Assembly (NCBI RefSeq): GCF_946998835.1
Contig: NZ_CAMQAZ010000001.1
Span: 12,396-76,395 of the forward strand
Length of the DNA: 64,000 nucleotides
Direction of reading: 5' to 3'
Origin: an uncultured Corynebacterium sp.
GTDB taxonomy: Bacteria > Actinomycetota > Actinomycetes > Mycobacteriales > Mycobacteriaceae
Within the stretch, counting starts at the first letter, position 1. Each line of letters begins with the position of its first letter. Shown here one piece after another: positions 39,509 through 49,704 of the stretch. Under the pieces are notes generated by a model. It had not been told where the DNA came from, ran no database searches, and worked only from the letters and a program-made list of their open reading frames with translations. The position numbers and the translations under genes were made by a program.

Positions 39509-40507
39509 ATGGGCGACCGCTATAACCTCTATGAGTCTCTGAAGCTGGATAGTGCAGCCAGCACTGAGGACCTCCACTCCAAGCTTTCCGATCGAATCTC
39601 CGAGCTGCGTGACGCTGGTGCCGCCGAATACTCCGGCGAGTTTCAGGAGACCTTCACTGCGCTGCAGGTACTCGGCGATGACGGACGGCGCCGCGAATAC
39701 GATGCATTGCTGGCCGATGAGAACGCCACCATCACCATTGCGACTCTGCGGGAGTTGGCAAGCCGTCCCGCCTCCGCTGCGCAGCCACAGCCTCAGCAGT
39801 CTCAGGCTCAGCAGCCACAGTGGTCGAACCCCACTCCGGCCGGAACGATGACGGTGACGACCACGGTAACCACGGATGTACCTCCGCTGCCGGAAGACGC
39901 AAGCCTTCAGGATGCGTGGAAGCGCCTGCCCCGATTCCCCAAAATCACGGCCGGCCTGCTAGCAGCTGCCTCTGTGCTGGGATACATACTGGCGGCAGCT
40001 GCGATTATTCTCGGGATCAATAATCTGAACTCCGCCCTAGCGGTGAAGGAACGTGACACTTCCTTGGCTACCTTTGGGGAAGACATCCGAGATGTCTTTG
40101 TCGGGTTAATCAATGTTAGTTCCGGTACCGCATTTTTCACCCTCGGCATCGTCATCGCTGTGATTTCGATGTACTGGCTCAATAAGGTCTTGCTGGGCCG
40201 CAACATCCGCGCTCCTTATTTCCTGGTAGCCACCACCGGTCCACTCGGCGTGGGACTCGTTGCCATGTGCTACTTCATCCAGGACGAGTCCATCATTATT
40301 TTCACTGGACTATCCGGCCTTGTTCTTATCGCTGTGACGGTTCTGGTTCTCCTCAAGGACATGCGCGCATGGTTCCGCGGCCAGGCCTTGGTCAAGACTA
40401 CTCAGCCAGCCCCTGCACAGGGTTTCGCTCCGCAGTACCCCCAGCCCCAGAACAACCAGGGCCACCAGTTCGGTCAGAATAATCCTCCGAGCAATCCGCA
40501 GAGCTAA
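39509..40507 (+). CDS. Hypothetical membrane protein: N-terminal J-domain-like helical module (no HPD), Gln/Pro-rich linker, 4-TM domain, Gln/Pro-rich C-terminus
   Basis: N-terminus DRYNLYESLKLDSAAS...KLSDRISELRD...EYDALL resembles a DnaJ J-domain but lacks the HPD tripeptide. Four predicted TM helices between residues 150 and 290. Confidence 0.5.
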   Translation: MGDRYNLYESLKLDSAASTEDLHSKLSDRISELRDAGAAEYSGEFQETFTALQVLGDDGRRREYDALLADENATITIATLRELASRPASAAQPQPQQSQAQQPQWSNPTPAGTMTVTTTVTTDVPPLPEDASLQDAWKRLPRFPKITAGLLAAASVLGYILAAAAIILGINNLNSALAVKERDTSLATFGEDIRDVFVGLINVSSGTAFFTLGIVIAVISMYWLNKVLLGRNIRAPYFLVATTGPLGVGLVAMCYFIQDESIIIFTGLSGLVLIAVTVLVLLKDMRAWFRGQALVKTTQPAPAQGFAPQYPQPQNNQGHQFGQNNPPSNPQS

Positions 40508-40652
40508 CTAGTCCGCTTTTTAAACAACCGCGCCCGGTGTGCACGACACCCCAGCGCGGTTTTTGTATTGAGGGGGGCATTGACGCGGGGACCGTCGTAA
40601 AGCGAAGAATGAAATGAAAGACGGCGAATAAGTGACGATTAACTGAACATTT

Positions 40653-40668
40653 CGTGATTTGCCTCACA
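40653..40668 (+). promoter_or_regulatory. Candidate GlxR/CRP-type binding site (cGTGA-N6-TCACA) about 108 bp upstream of icd
   Basis: cgtgatttgcctcaca matches the corynebacterial GlxR consensus TGTGA-N6-TCACA at 9 of 10 core positions. Confidence 0.4.
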
Positions 40669-40775
40669 TAATTGCGTTATTCATATCACTATCACTGCTT
40701 TTGCGCTATGCCCCTGCCCAACCCAAGATTCAAAACTGGGTTATCGTGGAACAAAACAGATAGGAGACATAGATT

Positions 40776-42998
40776 ATGGCGACAATTATTTGGACCCGTA
40801 CTGACGAAGCCCCTCTGCTCGCGAGCTACTCGCTGAAGCCGATCGTGGAGGCATTTGCAAGCCAGGCCGGTGTCAATGTCGAAACCCGCGATATCTCCCT
40901 CGCAGGCCGTATTCTGGCTCAGTTCCCGGAGCACCTCTCGGATGACCAGAAGGTAGAGGACGCGCTGGCAGCTCTGGGCGAGCTGGTCAAGGAACCACAC
41001 GCCAACATCATCAAGCTGCCGAATATCTCCGCATCCATTCCGCAGATTAAGCGCGCTGTCGCCGAGCTGCAGGAAAAGGGCTACGACATCCCGAAGTACA
41101 AGTCGCAGCCGGAAGGTGACGAGGAAACTGCTGACCGCGCAAAGTTCGACAAGGTCAAGGGCTCTGCCGTTAACCCGGTACTGCGTGAGGGCAACTCCGA
41201 CCGCCGCGCTCCGGAGCCGGTGAAGAACTTCGCTCGCAAGCACCCGCACCGCATGGGCGCATGGTCTGCAGATTCTAAGACCAATGTCGTAACCATGGCT
41301 TCTAACGACTTCCGCCACAACGAGAAGTCCGTGGTCATGCCGGCAGATGACAAGCTGACTTATCAGCTCGAGTCCAACGATGGTCAGCTTATTACTCTGA
41401 AGAAGGACATGCCTGTCCTCAAGGGCGAGATTATTGACGGCACTGGAATGAACGTCCACATTCTGGACAACTTCCTCCGTGCCCAGATCCGTCGCGCAAA
41501 GCGCGAGAACATCCTGTTCTCCGTGCACCTGAAGGCCACCATGATGAAGGTCTCCGACCCGCTGATCTTCGGCCAGGTCGTCAAGGCCTTCCTGCCATCT
41601 GTTTTCCCGAAGTTCGAGTCCAAGCTGGCCGCTGCCAACCTGACTCCGGACTACGGCATCGCCGCTATCCTCGACGGCCTGCACAAGCTTGACGACGCGA
41701 CTGCAGCGGCCGTTAAGTCCGCTATTGAGAAGGACATGAAGGAGGGCCCGGCCCTCTACATGGTCAACTCCGACAAGGGCATCACCAACCTTCACGTTCC
41801 GTCCGACGTCATCGTCGATGCCTCTATGCCAGCCCTGATCCGCAACGGAGGCAAGGGCTGGGGCCCGGACGGCGAGGAGAGCGACACTCTCGCAGTTATC
41901 CCGGACTCCTCCTACGCAGGTGTCTACCAGGCTGTTATCGAGGACTGCCGCGCCAACGGCGCCTTCGACCCGGCCACCATGGGCTCGGTCCCGAATGTCG
42001 GCCTGATGGCACAGAAGGCTGAGGAGTACGGCTCCCACGACAAGACTTTCCAGATTCCGGTTGACGGTGTCCTGCAGGTCACCAACTCCGCCGGCGAGGT
42101 TCTTATTGAGCACCACGTCGCCGAGGGTGACATCTGGCGCTCCTGCCAGACCAAGGACGCCCCGATCCGCGACTGGGTAAAGCTGGCTGTCAACCGCGCT
42201 CGCATCACTGGCGACCCGGCAGTGTTCTGGCTCGACCCGCACCGCGCGCACGACAACAACCTGATCGACAAGGTCAACGAGTACCTGGCCGATCACGACA
42301 CCGAGGGCCTGGACATCCGAATCATGGATCCGGTGTCCGCTACCAAGTTCTCCCTCGAGCGCATCCGTCGCGGCGAGAACACTATCTCTGTAACCGGTAA
42401 CGTCCTGCGTGACTACCTCACCGACCTGTTCCCGATTATGGAGCTGGGCACCTCCGCGAAGATGCTGTCGGTCGTGCCATTGATGGCTGGCGGCGGCCTG
42501 TTCGAGACCGGTGCTGGTGGCTCCGCCCCGAAGCACGTCCAGCAGGTTCAGGAAGAGAACCACCTGCGCTGGGATTCCCTGGGCGAGTTCCTCGCGCTGG
42601 CGGAGTCCCTGCGTTACGCCGCTGAGGATGACGACGACCCGCGTCCGCGCGTCCTGGCCGAGGCCCTGGACAAGGCAACCGCTACCCTGCTCGACGAGGG
42701 CAAGTCCCCGTCCCGCAAGGCTGGCGAAATTGACAACCGTGGTTCCCACTTCTACCTGGCTCTCTACTGGGCACAGGAGCTGGCTAAGCAGGATGAAAAC
42801 TCCGAGCTGAAGGAAGCGTTCGCTCCGGTCGCTAAGGCTCTGACGGAGAAGGAAGAGTCCATCACCAAGACTCTGATTGACGCTCAGGGCTCCCCGGCCG
42901 ACCTGGGTGGCTACTTCCTGCCGGACGATGAGAAGACCTCCGCGGTTATGCGTCCGTCCGCTGAGTTCAACGAAATCATCGACGGCCTGAAGAAGTAG
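40776..42998 (+). CDS. icd: Isocitrate dehydrogenase (NADP+), monomeric type
   Basis: 740 aa. The N-terminus [27 protein letters not shown] is characteristic of monomeric IDH (as in C. glutamicum and Azotobacter). RBS ATAGGAGAC. Confidence 0.95.
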   Translation: MATIIWTRTDEAPLLASYSLKPIVEAFASQAGVNVETRDISLAGRILAQFPEHLSDDQKVEDALAALGELVKEPHANIIKLPNISASIPQIKRAVAELQEKGYDIPKYKSQPEGDEETADRAKFDKVKGSAVNPVLREGNSDRRAPEPVKNFARKHPHRMGAWSADSKTNVVTMASNDFRHNEKSVVMPADDKLTYQLESNDGQLITLKKDMPVLKGEIIDGTGMNVHILDNFLRAQIRRAKRENILFSVHLKATMMKVSDPLIFGQVVKAFLPSVFPKFESKLAAANLTPDYGIAAILDGLHKLDDATAAAVKSAIEKDMKEGPALYMVNSDKGITNLHVPSDVIVDASMPALIRNGGKGWGPDGEESDTLAVIPDSSYAGVYQAVIEDCRANGAFDPATMGSVPNVGLMAQKAEEYGSHDKTFQIPVDGVLQVTNSAGEVLIEHHVAEGDIWRSCQTKDAPIRDWVKLAVNRARITGDPAVFWLDPHRAHDNNLIDKVNEYLADHDTEGLDIRIMDPVSATKFSLERIRRGENTISVTGNVLRDYLTDLFPIMELGTSAKMLSVVPLMAGGGLFETGAGGSAPKHVQQVQEENHLRWDSLGEFLALAESLRYAAEDDDDPRPRVLAEALDKATATLLDEGKSPSRKAGEIDNRGSHFYLALYWAQELAKQDENSELKEAFAPVAKALTEKEESITKTLIDAQGSPADLGGYFLPDDEKTSAVMRPSAEFNEIIDGLKK

Positions 42999-43070
42999 AA
43001 CTAACTGCTTGCCGCTGGCTGGTCCTGGCCGGCCCTGGCCGAACTAGCTGGCCGGTGATTTCAGGCGATA

Positions 43071-43120
43071 GCCCCTCGCTCATGTTGCATTTGATGCACA
43101 TGGTGCGTGGGGCTTTTTTC
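43071..43120 (+). terminator. Intrinsic terminator after icd
   Basis: Long imperfect hairpin gcccctcgc...catgttgcatttgatgcacatg...gcgtggggc, followed by TTTTTTCTTT. Confidence 0.6.
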
Positions 43121-43268
43121 TTTGCTCTGCCCCCATCCACAGCAAGTCCATCCGCACATCTAGCCACACCCCACAACCAACCAACCCAAACCATACTAAG
43201 CGGGCTATAGCACTCTCGACACAGTGGCTACACACCCTCCTACCTTGGGTTTTTCCAAAACTTTGCAA

Positions 43269-43284
43269 TAGACAGCTTGGTTCA
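43269..43284 (+). promoter_or_regulatory. Candidate McbR-type operator half-match (TAGAC-N6-GTTCA) upstream of metY
   Basis: tagacagcttggttca has a perfect 5' half and a 3/5 3' half. It shares the AGACAGCTTGGT core with the stronger metQ site. Confidence 0.35.
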
Positions 43285-43341
43285 CTATTGTTTGTAAGCA
43301 ACGTTTTGAACAACCTCAAAAACCGCAAGGAAGTATCTGAA

Positions 43342-44664
43342 ATGACCACCAAGTACGACAACAGCAACGCCGCCAACTGGGGCCTGTCCACCCGCGCTAT
43401 TCACGCCGGTTTCGCACCGGATGCACAGACCTCCGCGCGCAACCTGCCGATTTACAACACCTCCTCCTACGTGTTCGATTCCGCTGAGCACGCCGCCAAC
43501 CGCTTCAACCTCTCGGATGCGGGCCCGATTTACTCCCGCCTGACCAACCCGACTGTGGATGCCGTCGAGCAGCGCATCGCCAGCCTCGAGGGTGGTGTCG
43601 CAGCTGTGCTGTTCTCCTCCGGCCAGGCAGCCGAGACCGCTGCTGTTCTCACCCTGGCTCGCGCAGGCGACCACTTCGTCGTTTCGCCGCGCCTCTACGG
43701 CGGCACTGAGACCCTGTTCAAGGTCACTCTGCCCCGCCTGGGCATCGACTGCACCTTCGTCGAGAACCCGGATGACCCGGAGTCCTGGCAGGCAGCAGTC
43801 CAGGACAACACCGTTGGTTTCTACGGTGAGTCCATCGCCAACCCGCAGATCGACATCCTGGACATCCCGGCAATCTCCGAGGTCGCACACCGCAACAACG
43901 TTCCGCTGATTGTCGACAACACTGTCCCGACCGCCGCTCTGCTGCGCCCGCTCGAGCACGGCGCCGATGTCGTGGTTTCGTCCACCACCAAGTTCCTGAC
44001 CGGTAACGGCTCCTCCCTCGGCGGCGTCATCGTCGACGGTGGCAAGTTCGACTGGACCCAGACCCGCAACGGCCGCTCCATCTTCCCGAACTTCACCGAG
44101 GCCGACGAGGCTTACCACGGCCTGAAGTTCGCTGACCTCGGCGCTCCGGCATTCGCACTGCGTGCTCGCGCTGGCATTCTCCGCGACACCGGTGCCGCTC
44201 CGGCTCCGTTCAACGCGTGGGTGCTGGGTCAGGGCCTCGACACTCTGGCGCTGCGCATCGAGCGCCACAATGAAAACGCCAAGGCTGTCGCCGAGTTCCT
44301 CGAGGCTCACCCGCTGGTCGCGAAGGTCAACTACGCTGGCCTGCCGAGCTCCCCGTGGCACGAGACCCTGAACAAGCTGGGCCTTTCCGGCGCCAGCGGC
44401 GTGCTCTCCTTCGATCTGAAGGATGCCGACACGGCCAAGGCTTGGAAGTTCATTGACGCTCTGAAGCTGCACTCCAACGTCGCCAACATCGGTGATGTCC
44501 GCTCGCTGGTTGTCCACCCTGCTACCACCACTCACTCCCAGTCCGATGAGGAGGGCCTGACCCGCGCCGGCATTTCCCAGGCCACCGTTCGCCTCTCCGT
44601 CGGTATCGAAAACATCGATGACATCATCGCTGACCTCGAGGCTGGCTTCGCGGCACTCGCCTAG
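43342..44664 (+). CDS. metY: O-acetylhomoserine sulfhydrylase (PLP-dependent, Cys/Met metabolism family)
   Basis: PLP-lysine region SSTTKFLTGNGSSLGG. The N-terminus MTTKYDNSNAANWGLSTRAIHAG is typical of MetY. Strong RBS AAGGAAG. The track ORF starts 18 codons earlier. Confidence 0.9.
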   Translation: MTTKYDNSNAANWGLSTRAIHAGFAPDAQTSARNLPIYNTSSYVFDSAEHAANRFNLSDAGPIYSRLTNPTVDAVEQRIASLEGGVAAVLFSSGQAAETAAVLTLARAGDHFVVSPRLYGGTETLFKVTLPRLGIDCTFVENPDDPESWQAAVQDNTVGFYGESIANPQIDILDIPAISEVAHRNNVPLIVDNTVPTAALLRPLEHGADVVVSSTTKFLTGNGSSLGGVIVDGGKFDWTQTRNGRSIFPNFTEADEAYHGLKFADLGAPAFALRARAGILRDTGAAPAPFNAWVLGQGLDTLALRIERHNENAKAVAEFLEAHPLVAKVNYAGLPSSPWHETLNKLGLSGASGVLSFDLKDADTAKAWKFIDALKLHSNVANIGDVRSLVVHPATTTHSQSDEEGLTRAGISQATVRLSVGIENIDDIIADLEAGFAALA

Positions 44665-44687
44665 ACCGTTTGTACACAGACACATTG

Positions 44688-44703
44688 CGGACTAAGTAGT
44701 CTA
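44688..44703 (+). promoter_or_regulatory. Weak candidate McbR-like site (CGGAC-N6-GTCTA) overlapping the metX start region
   Basis: cggactaagtagtcta: the 3' half is perfect and the 5' half is 3/5. Confidence 0.25.
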
Positions 44704-44709
44704 TAAGAC

Positions 44710-45846
44710 ATGAGCTTTTCCCCATCTACCCCGGCCACCCTCCCATCCGAGGGCGAGCCGGGGCGTGTCTTTATCGGCGACATCACAACCGAAGCCGGTG
44801 CCGTCATCCCCAATGTCACCGTCGAATTCGAACGCTGGGGTCGGCTTAACGACGACTGCTCGAATGTCATTCTCCTCGAGCACGCTTTGACCGGCGATGC
44901 CCACGCGTCCGGCCCCTCGGATGAGTACCACCCGACCGCGGGTTGGTGGAATGGAATGATTGGTTCCGCCCGTGCACTGGACACCGATGAGTACTGCATC
45001 ATCTGCACGAATGTCATCGGTGGCTGCCGCGGCACAACCGGTCCATCCAGCCCGCATCCTGACGATGGCAAGCCCTGGGGCTCTCGCTTCCCCGCTATCT
45101 CCGTGCGCGACACGGTGACGGTAGAGCATATGGCCCTACAAGCGCTGGGAATTTCCCGTCTCCAAGCTGTCATTGGTGGCTCCCTGGGTGGGGCCCGCGC
45201 ACTTGAATGGTCGCTGATGCACTCTGATTTCGTCGGCAAGGCATTGGTGATGTGTGTCGGCGCCCGTGCGTCGGCCTGGCAGATTGGTATTCAGTCTGCG
45301 CAGATTCAGTTCATTGAGTCCGACCCCAATTGGCATGGCGGTGACTACTATGACCGCGGTGTGACCCCGGCCCGAGGTCTGGGTTTCGCCCGTAGGGTCG
45401 CCCATCTGACGTACCGTGGTGAGCTCGAGATGGATGACCGCTTCGGTGCAGCAGCGCAACCTGGCGAGGACCCGCTGGGGCCGATGCGCACAGAAGATCG
45501 CTTCCAGGTGGAGAGCTACTTGGATCACCAGGCGGAGAAGCTGGCTCAGCGTTTCGATGCCGGCTCGTATGTTGTGCTCACTGACACCTTGAATCGGCAC
45601 AATATCGGCCGTGGCCGCGGCGGGATGAACGAGGCGCTGCACTCCTCTACCGTGCCGACCATGATTGCCGGGGTGGATACGGATATTCTCTACCCCTTCC
45701 ATCAGCAGGAGCACCTCGCCCGCAATTTGGGCAATTGCATGGGGCTGGAAAAGATTGAATCCGCCGTGGGCCACGACGGATTCTTAACGGAGTTTGAGCG
45801 GGTCGACTCGATCGTGCGTGAATTCCTCGCCCGCGATGTCAGCTAG
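44710..45846 (+). CDS. metX: Homoserine O-acetyltransferase
   Basis: Alpha/beta-hydrolase MetX signatures (GGSLGGARALEW nucleophile elbow, catalytic His near the C-terminus in VGHDGFL). Directly downstream of metY. Confidence 0.9.
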   Translation: MSFSPSTPATLPSEGEPGRVFIGDITTEAGAVIPNVTVEFERWGRLNDDCSNVILLEHALTGDAHASGPSDEYHPTAGWWNGMIGSARALDTDEYCIICTNVIGGCRGTTGPSSPHPDDGKPWGSRFPAISVRDTVTVEHMALQALGISRLQAVIGGSLGGARALEWSLMHSDFVGKALVMCVGARASAWQIGIQSAQIQFIESDPNWHGGDYYDRGVTPARGLGFARRVAHLTYRGELEMDDRFGAAAQPGEDPLGPMRTEDRFQVESYLDHQAEKLAQRFDAGSYVVLTDTLNRHNIGRGRGGMNEALHSSTVPTMIAGVDTDILYPFHQQEHLARNLGNCMGLEKIESAVGHDGFLTEFERVDSIVREFLARDVS

Positions 45847-46211
45847 CTGCCCAGCGCGTCCACGCTGACTGCGAGGAAGACGATTCCCAACCCGACTATG
45901 GAGCAAAACCAGAGGTCAAAGGCTCGGGATCGGACAGAGAACACACCTAGAATACTGTCCGGCAGGTACTGCCTGGCCACGCCAAGCAGAATCATTGTGC
46001 TTCCCAACATGAAGGTGGCGCGCCGCCACCGCTCCAGTCCCAGAAATACAACGAAAGCGGACATGCCGAAAAAGAGCGCGCCATAGATTGTGTACTGCAC
46101 CCACATTGGCCACGAAGCTCCCGAGGGCGGGGTCTTTGGGCTATGGGGATTCAGCATCGGATCCGGCAAATCCTCACGCCGGGCACGCTGCGCTATCTCC
46201 CTTTTCGACAC
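45843..46211 (-). CDS. DUF3017-like small membrane protein
   Basis: 122 aa, 3 TM helices, Pro-rich cytoplasmic N-terminus. Overlaps the metX stop by 4 nt on the opposite strand. Confidence 0.5.
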   Translation of the reverse strand: MSKREIAQRARREDLPDPMLNPHSPKTPPSGASWPMWVQYTIYGALFFGMSAFVVFLGLERWRRATFMLGSTMILLGVARQYLPDSILGVFSVRSRAFDLWFCSIVGLGIVFLAVSVDALGS

Positions 46212-46231
46212 GTCTGATTCCTCCTGGCTAA

Positions 46232-47089
46232 CTAAGCCAGGCCAGCGAGCTTCTCAGCGCGCTCGACAACATTGCGCACGAGGAATGCGCGAGTCAGTGG
46301 GCCGACTCCGCCAGGGTTTGGGGATACGTAACCAGCAACGTCCCAGACATCCTCGGCAACGTCACCAGCCAACTTGCCGTCGACACGCGAAACTCCGACG
46401 TCGAGCACTGCAGCGCCCGGCTTGACCATGTCGGCGGTGAGCATGTGTGCGACACCGGCGGCTGCGATGATGACGTCAGCCTGACGAGTTTCGGCGGCCA
46501 GATCCTTAGTTCCGGTATGGCACAGCGTCACCGTGGAGTTCTCGCTGCGGCGAGTGAGCATCAAGCCAATCGGACGGCCAACGGTGACACCGCGGCCAAT
46601 GACGACGACCTTTGCACCATTGAGCTCAACGCCGAAGCGACGCAGCAGGTGGATGCAGCCGTTCGGGGTGCACGGCAGCGGTGCTGGCTCGTTGAGGACA
46701 AGCTTGCCCAGGTTGACCGGGTGGAGGCCATCGGCATCCTTCTCCGAATCAATGAGCCCCAGAATGCGGTTTTCATCCAGGTGCTTCGGCAGTGGCAATT
46801 GAACAATGTAGCCTGTGCACTCCGGGCTTTCGTTCAGCTCGGTGATTACTGCCTCGAGCTCTTCCTGTGTGGTGTCAGCCGGGAGGTCACGGCGGATAGA
46901 GGCGATACCAATCTGCTCACAGTCACGATGCTTCATCTTCACGTAAGAGTGGCTGCCTGGGTCATCGCCGACCAGCACGGTAGCCAAGCCTGGAGTGTGG
47001 CCGGCTTCCTTCAAGCGCTCGACGCGCTTTTGAAGGTCTGCAAAGATTTCGTCTCGGTAAAGTTTGCCATCAAGCTTTGTCGCTGCCAT
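46232..47089 (-). CDS. folD: Bifunctional methylenetetrahydrofolate dehydrogenase / methenyl-THF cyclohydrolase
   Basis: The N-terminus [15 protein letters not shown] and motifs [30 protein letters not shown], and a GGVGPLT-like [10 protein letters not shown]. The track ORF extends 16 codons upstream. Confidence 0.9.
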   Translation of the reverse strand: MAATKLDGKLYRDEIFADLQKRVERLKEAGHTPGLATVLVGDDPGSHSYVKMKHRDCEQIGIASIRRDLPADTTQEELEAVITELNESPECTGYIVQLPLPKHLDENRILGLIDSEKDADGLHPVNLGKLVLNEPAPLPCTPNGCIHLLRRFGVELNGAKVVVIGRGVTVGRPIGLMLTRRSENSTVTLCHTGTKDLAAETRQADVIIAAAGVAHMLTADMVKPGAAVLDVGVSRVDGKLAGDVAEDVWDVAGYVSPNPGGVGPLTRAFLVRNVVERAEKLAGLA

Positions 47090-47170
47090 GGCATTTATCT
47101 TAGGCACAGGAGCGGTCAATGCCCAGAATTGCCCCATTGACTGCCTGGAAGTTGTCCTTGACGCTTGGCC

Positions 47171-47710
47171 CTATTTGCCGCCAATAAAACCCTGTTGCCG
47201 CCAAACTTCATAGGCAGCAACCGCGGCAGCGTTGGAAAGATTCATGCTGCGCCGAGCAGGAAGCATGGGAATTCGGACAAGCTGTGTTATTCGCGGATCA
47301 TCGAGCACCGCCTGTTCCAGTCCAGTTGGCTCCGGGCCAAAGAGCAGCACATCGGTGTTGGTGTATTCGATGTCCGTATGCCAGGTGTCCGTGTGCGCGG
47401 TGAAGGCGAAGATGCGACACCCTTGGCTGGTAAATGTCTCCAGCGCCTGATCGATGGACTCGTGAATACGCACATCAGCCAAGTCGTGGTAGTCCAGCCC
47501 GGCGCGACGCAGATTCTTGTCATCGAAGTTGAATCCCAGCGGCTTGGCCAAGTGCAGCATGGCACCGGAGCCCGCACACATGCGGATGGCATTGCCGGTG
47601 TTCGGTGGAATGACCGGCCGGTCAAACAGCACGTGGCAGGTGTGGTTTTTAATCCAGTCTGTGGAATTGGTGTGACCGGAGTTGGTGAGCTCGGAGGTGG
47701 TGCTCTTCAT
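47171..47710 (-). CDS. trmL: tRNA (cytidine/uridine-2'-O)-methyltransferase TrmL (SPOUT family)
   Basis: HVLFDRPVIPPNTGNAIRMCAG and LLFGPEPTGL motifs. Start at MKSTTSE (best purine-rich RBS); an in-frame GTG at 47632 would give a canonical 153-aa TrmL. Confidence 0.8.
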   Translation of the reverse strand: MKSTTSELTNSGHTNSTDWIKNHTCHVLFDRPVIPPNTGNAIRMCAGSGAMLHLAKPLGFNFDDKNLRRAGLDYHDLADVRIHESIDQALETFTSQGCRIFAFTAHTDTWHTDIEYTNTDVLLFGPEPTGLEQAVLDDPRITQLVRIPMLPARRSMNLSNAAAVAAYEVWRQQGFIGGK

Positions 47711-47721
47711 TTCTTCTATCA

Positions 47722-49686
47722 CTATTGCTCGTTGTCTACTTCTGCTGCTACTGCCATCCCGGGGACAGCATCGCACACGCCATGCTCGGCGAAGAACGCG
47801 ATGATGGTGTCAGCGATGAGCGCGCGACTCTTCGGCTTCGAGAACTTGTGTCCCTCTCCCGCAACCACCAGAAAGTCAGTGGGCACACCATAGGCATCCA
47901 TGGCGTTGCGCATCTGACCGGATTCGCGCGGAGGCACGTTGGTATCCCACTCGCCGTGGATAAACAGGGTCGGGGTTTTCATTTCCTCTGCGCGGTGCAG
48001 TGGCGAGATGTCGCGCAACAGCTCGGCATCCTGATATGGGTAGCCGTAGCGCGGAAAGGCAGCCTGCGCCAGCCAGGGCTCGGTGGATTGATAGTAGGTT
48101 TCAAAACTTGTCATTCCGCAGGCATCGACGATGGCTGCGAACTGATCCGGATACCACGCCGAGGCCAACAGCGACATAAAGCCGCCGTAAGAGCGCCCGC
48201 CCAGTGCAATACGGTCTGGATCTGCCAACCCGGCATCGACGAGGAAGGCACGCGCGGCTGCAATATCCGCAATGGCGGCAAAGCGTCCATAGCGATCGCC
48301 CGCGTGCTCAAATGATCTGCCGGACCCCGAGGAGCCCCGCACGTTGGGAGTGAAGACCACAAAGCCCGCCTCCACAATGCTGGCTAGAACATCGTGATGA
48401 ATGGGTTTTGCCTGCAGTTCTGGGCCACCGTGGATGTGGATGAAAGCTGGTGGAAGCGCATTCGTAGAGGTATCGCTCGAGTTATTGCGCACGGATTCCG
48501 GAAGGTAGAGCCAGCCAGAGAGCTCCAGCCCATCGCGGGAGACAAAGTAGACCAGCTCTGGGGCCGGCATGGTCTCCAAGTTCTTCTCTTCCAGAGCCAA
48601 AATCCGCTCAGTGCGTTCCATATCCAATGGCTCAATGACGCCACCGATATTGCGCAGAATCTCCACCGTCGGTGCGAGCCCTGGCCCTTCTACGGTCAGG
48701 GAAATCAGCTCACCGTCACCGGAAATTGACAGCTCACGCGCGACCATGCCCGGCAACTCGACGTTGCGGCGCACCATCACCCGTATGTCGTCAGTCTGCG
48801 GGTGTAGTCCAAGGGTCAGCACCTCCAGCGTGCTGACTCCACCACTGTTCCACAGCACGGCCGCGGTGGAGGAATCTTCACTGATGACGAACTCTTCGAC
48901 ATCCTGGTCCGGATTGCCAATGAATTCCTCGACATCGACTTCGATGCCGACCTTCATATCCAAGATTTCTCCCGCTGCCGTCCCCTCAACGCGAGGTCCA
49001 GTGGTGCTGATACCGCTGTCGGGAGTAATCCCCAGCCGTAGGATGCGACGCTGCTCCGCGCCGTGATCTGAGAGTACAAACGCGGTCAGCTTCTCCTGTC
49101 CAGGGTGTGCCAGCAGGACACCGGCATCCGTGGTGGAGCCAGGGTCGGACGGCAATAGCGGCTGCCACTGCTGCCCCGGACCGACCAGCAGTAACTCGCG
49201 GTGGCCACGCGGCCCAACTCGCACCAGACCAAACCCGCTTTCAGCCGCTACCAGCTGACTGTCTGTGCGTTTATCAATGACCTCGTACTTCGAGTTTGTC
49301 GGGTTAACCAAGCGCGCATAGTTAATGCCACGCGCATCGACCGCGTTCATCGCGAGCAGATCGTTATCCCATTCCACCAGCGTGGCGCGCATATCCGCAT
49401 CCATGCGCAGGGGCCGCGCACCGTCGACTTCCGGGTCGGTGGATACCAGCCAGGTCTGCAATCGCTCCGTACCGTACGGCGAGACTTCGCAGGCAATCCA
49501 CTTTCCATCCGGGGAGTGCAGCACCCTGGTGACCGGACCTTCCACCGGCAACTTCACAGGACGTTCCTCCCCCAGCCCCTCAGGTGTAATCTCCTGCTGT
49601 ACCGCGTGCGGATAGCCGCTATCGCGGACGATAAAGGCAATCGCACTCCCATCCGGTGCTAACGAGGATTCATAGGTCTGGCGCAT
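47722..49686 (-). CDS. S9 family serine peptidase (beta-propeller plus alpha/beta hydrolase; prolyl oligopeptidase / acylaminoacyl-peptidase type)
   Basis: C-terminal catalytic domain with GGRSYGG nucleophile elbow, plus Asp and His (VVAGEGHKF). N-terminal TolB-like beta-propeller repeats. Starts 18 nt downstream of dnaE2. Confidence 0.8.
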   Translation of the reverse strand: MRQTYESSLAPDGSAIAFIVRDSGYPHAVQQEITPEGLGEERPVKLPVEGPVTRVLHSPDGKWIACEVSPYGTERLQTWLVSTDPEVDGARPLRMDADMRATLVEWDNDLLAMNAVDARGINYARLVNPTNSKYEVIDKRTDSQLVAAESGFGLVRVGPRGHRELLLVGPGQQWQPLLPSDPGSTTDAGVLLAHPGQEKLTAFVLSDHGAEQRRILRLGITPDSGISTTGPRVEGTAAGEILDMKVGIEVDVEEFIGNPDQDVEEFVISEDSSTAAVLWNSGGVSTLEVLTLGLHPQTDDIRVMVRRNVELPGMVARELSISGDGELISLTVEGPGLAPTVEILRNIGGVIEPLDMERTERILALEEKNLETMPAPELVYFVSRDGLELSGWLYLPESVRNNSSDTSTNALPPAFIHIHGGPELQAKPIHHDVLASIVEAGFVVFTPNVRGSSGSGRSFEHAGDRYGRFAAIADIAAARAFLVDAGLADPDRIALGGRSYGGFMSLLASAWYPDQFAAIVDACGMTSFETYYQSTEPWLAQAAFPRYGYPYQDAELLRDISPLHRAEEMKTPTLFIHGEWDTNVPPRESGQMRNAMDAYGVPTDFLVVAGEGHKFSKPKSRALIADTIIAFFAEHGVCDAVPGMAVAAEVDNEQ

Positions 49687-49704
49687 GACAGTCCATTCTA
49701 ATAG

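Noticed and set aside
40692-42749. 685-aa ORF antisense to icd; similarly 16461..17762 antisense to pgi, 43285..44685 antisense to metY, 14312..15439 and 11396..12430 antisense within the surface-protein genes, 53136..54065 antisense to metQ, 61173..63119 antisense to guaA
   Set aside because: These are long stop-free reverse frames caused by GC-rich codon usage. The sense strands encode well-conserved enzymes with canonical motifs, and the antisense translations are low-complexity (G/V/L/R/A-rich).
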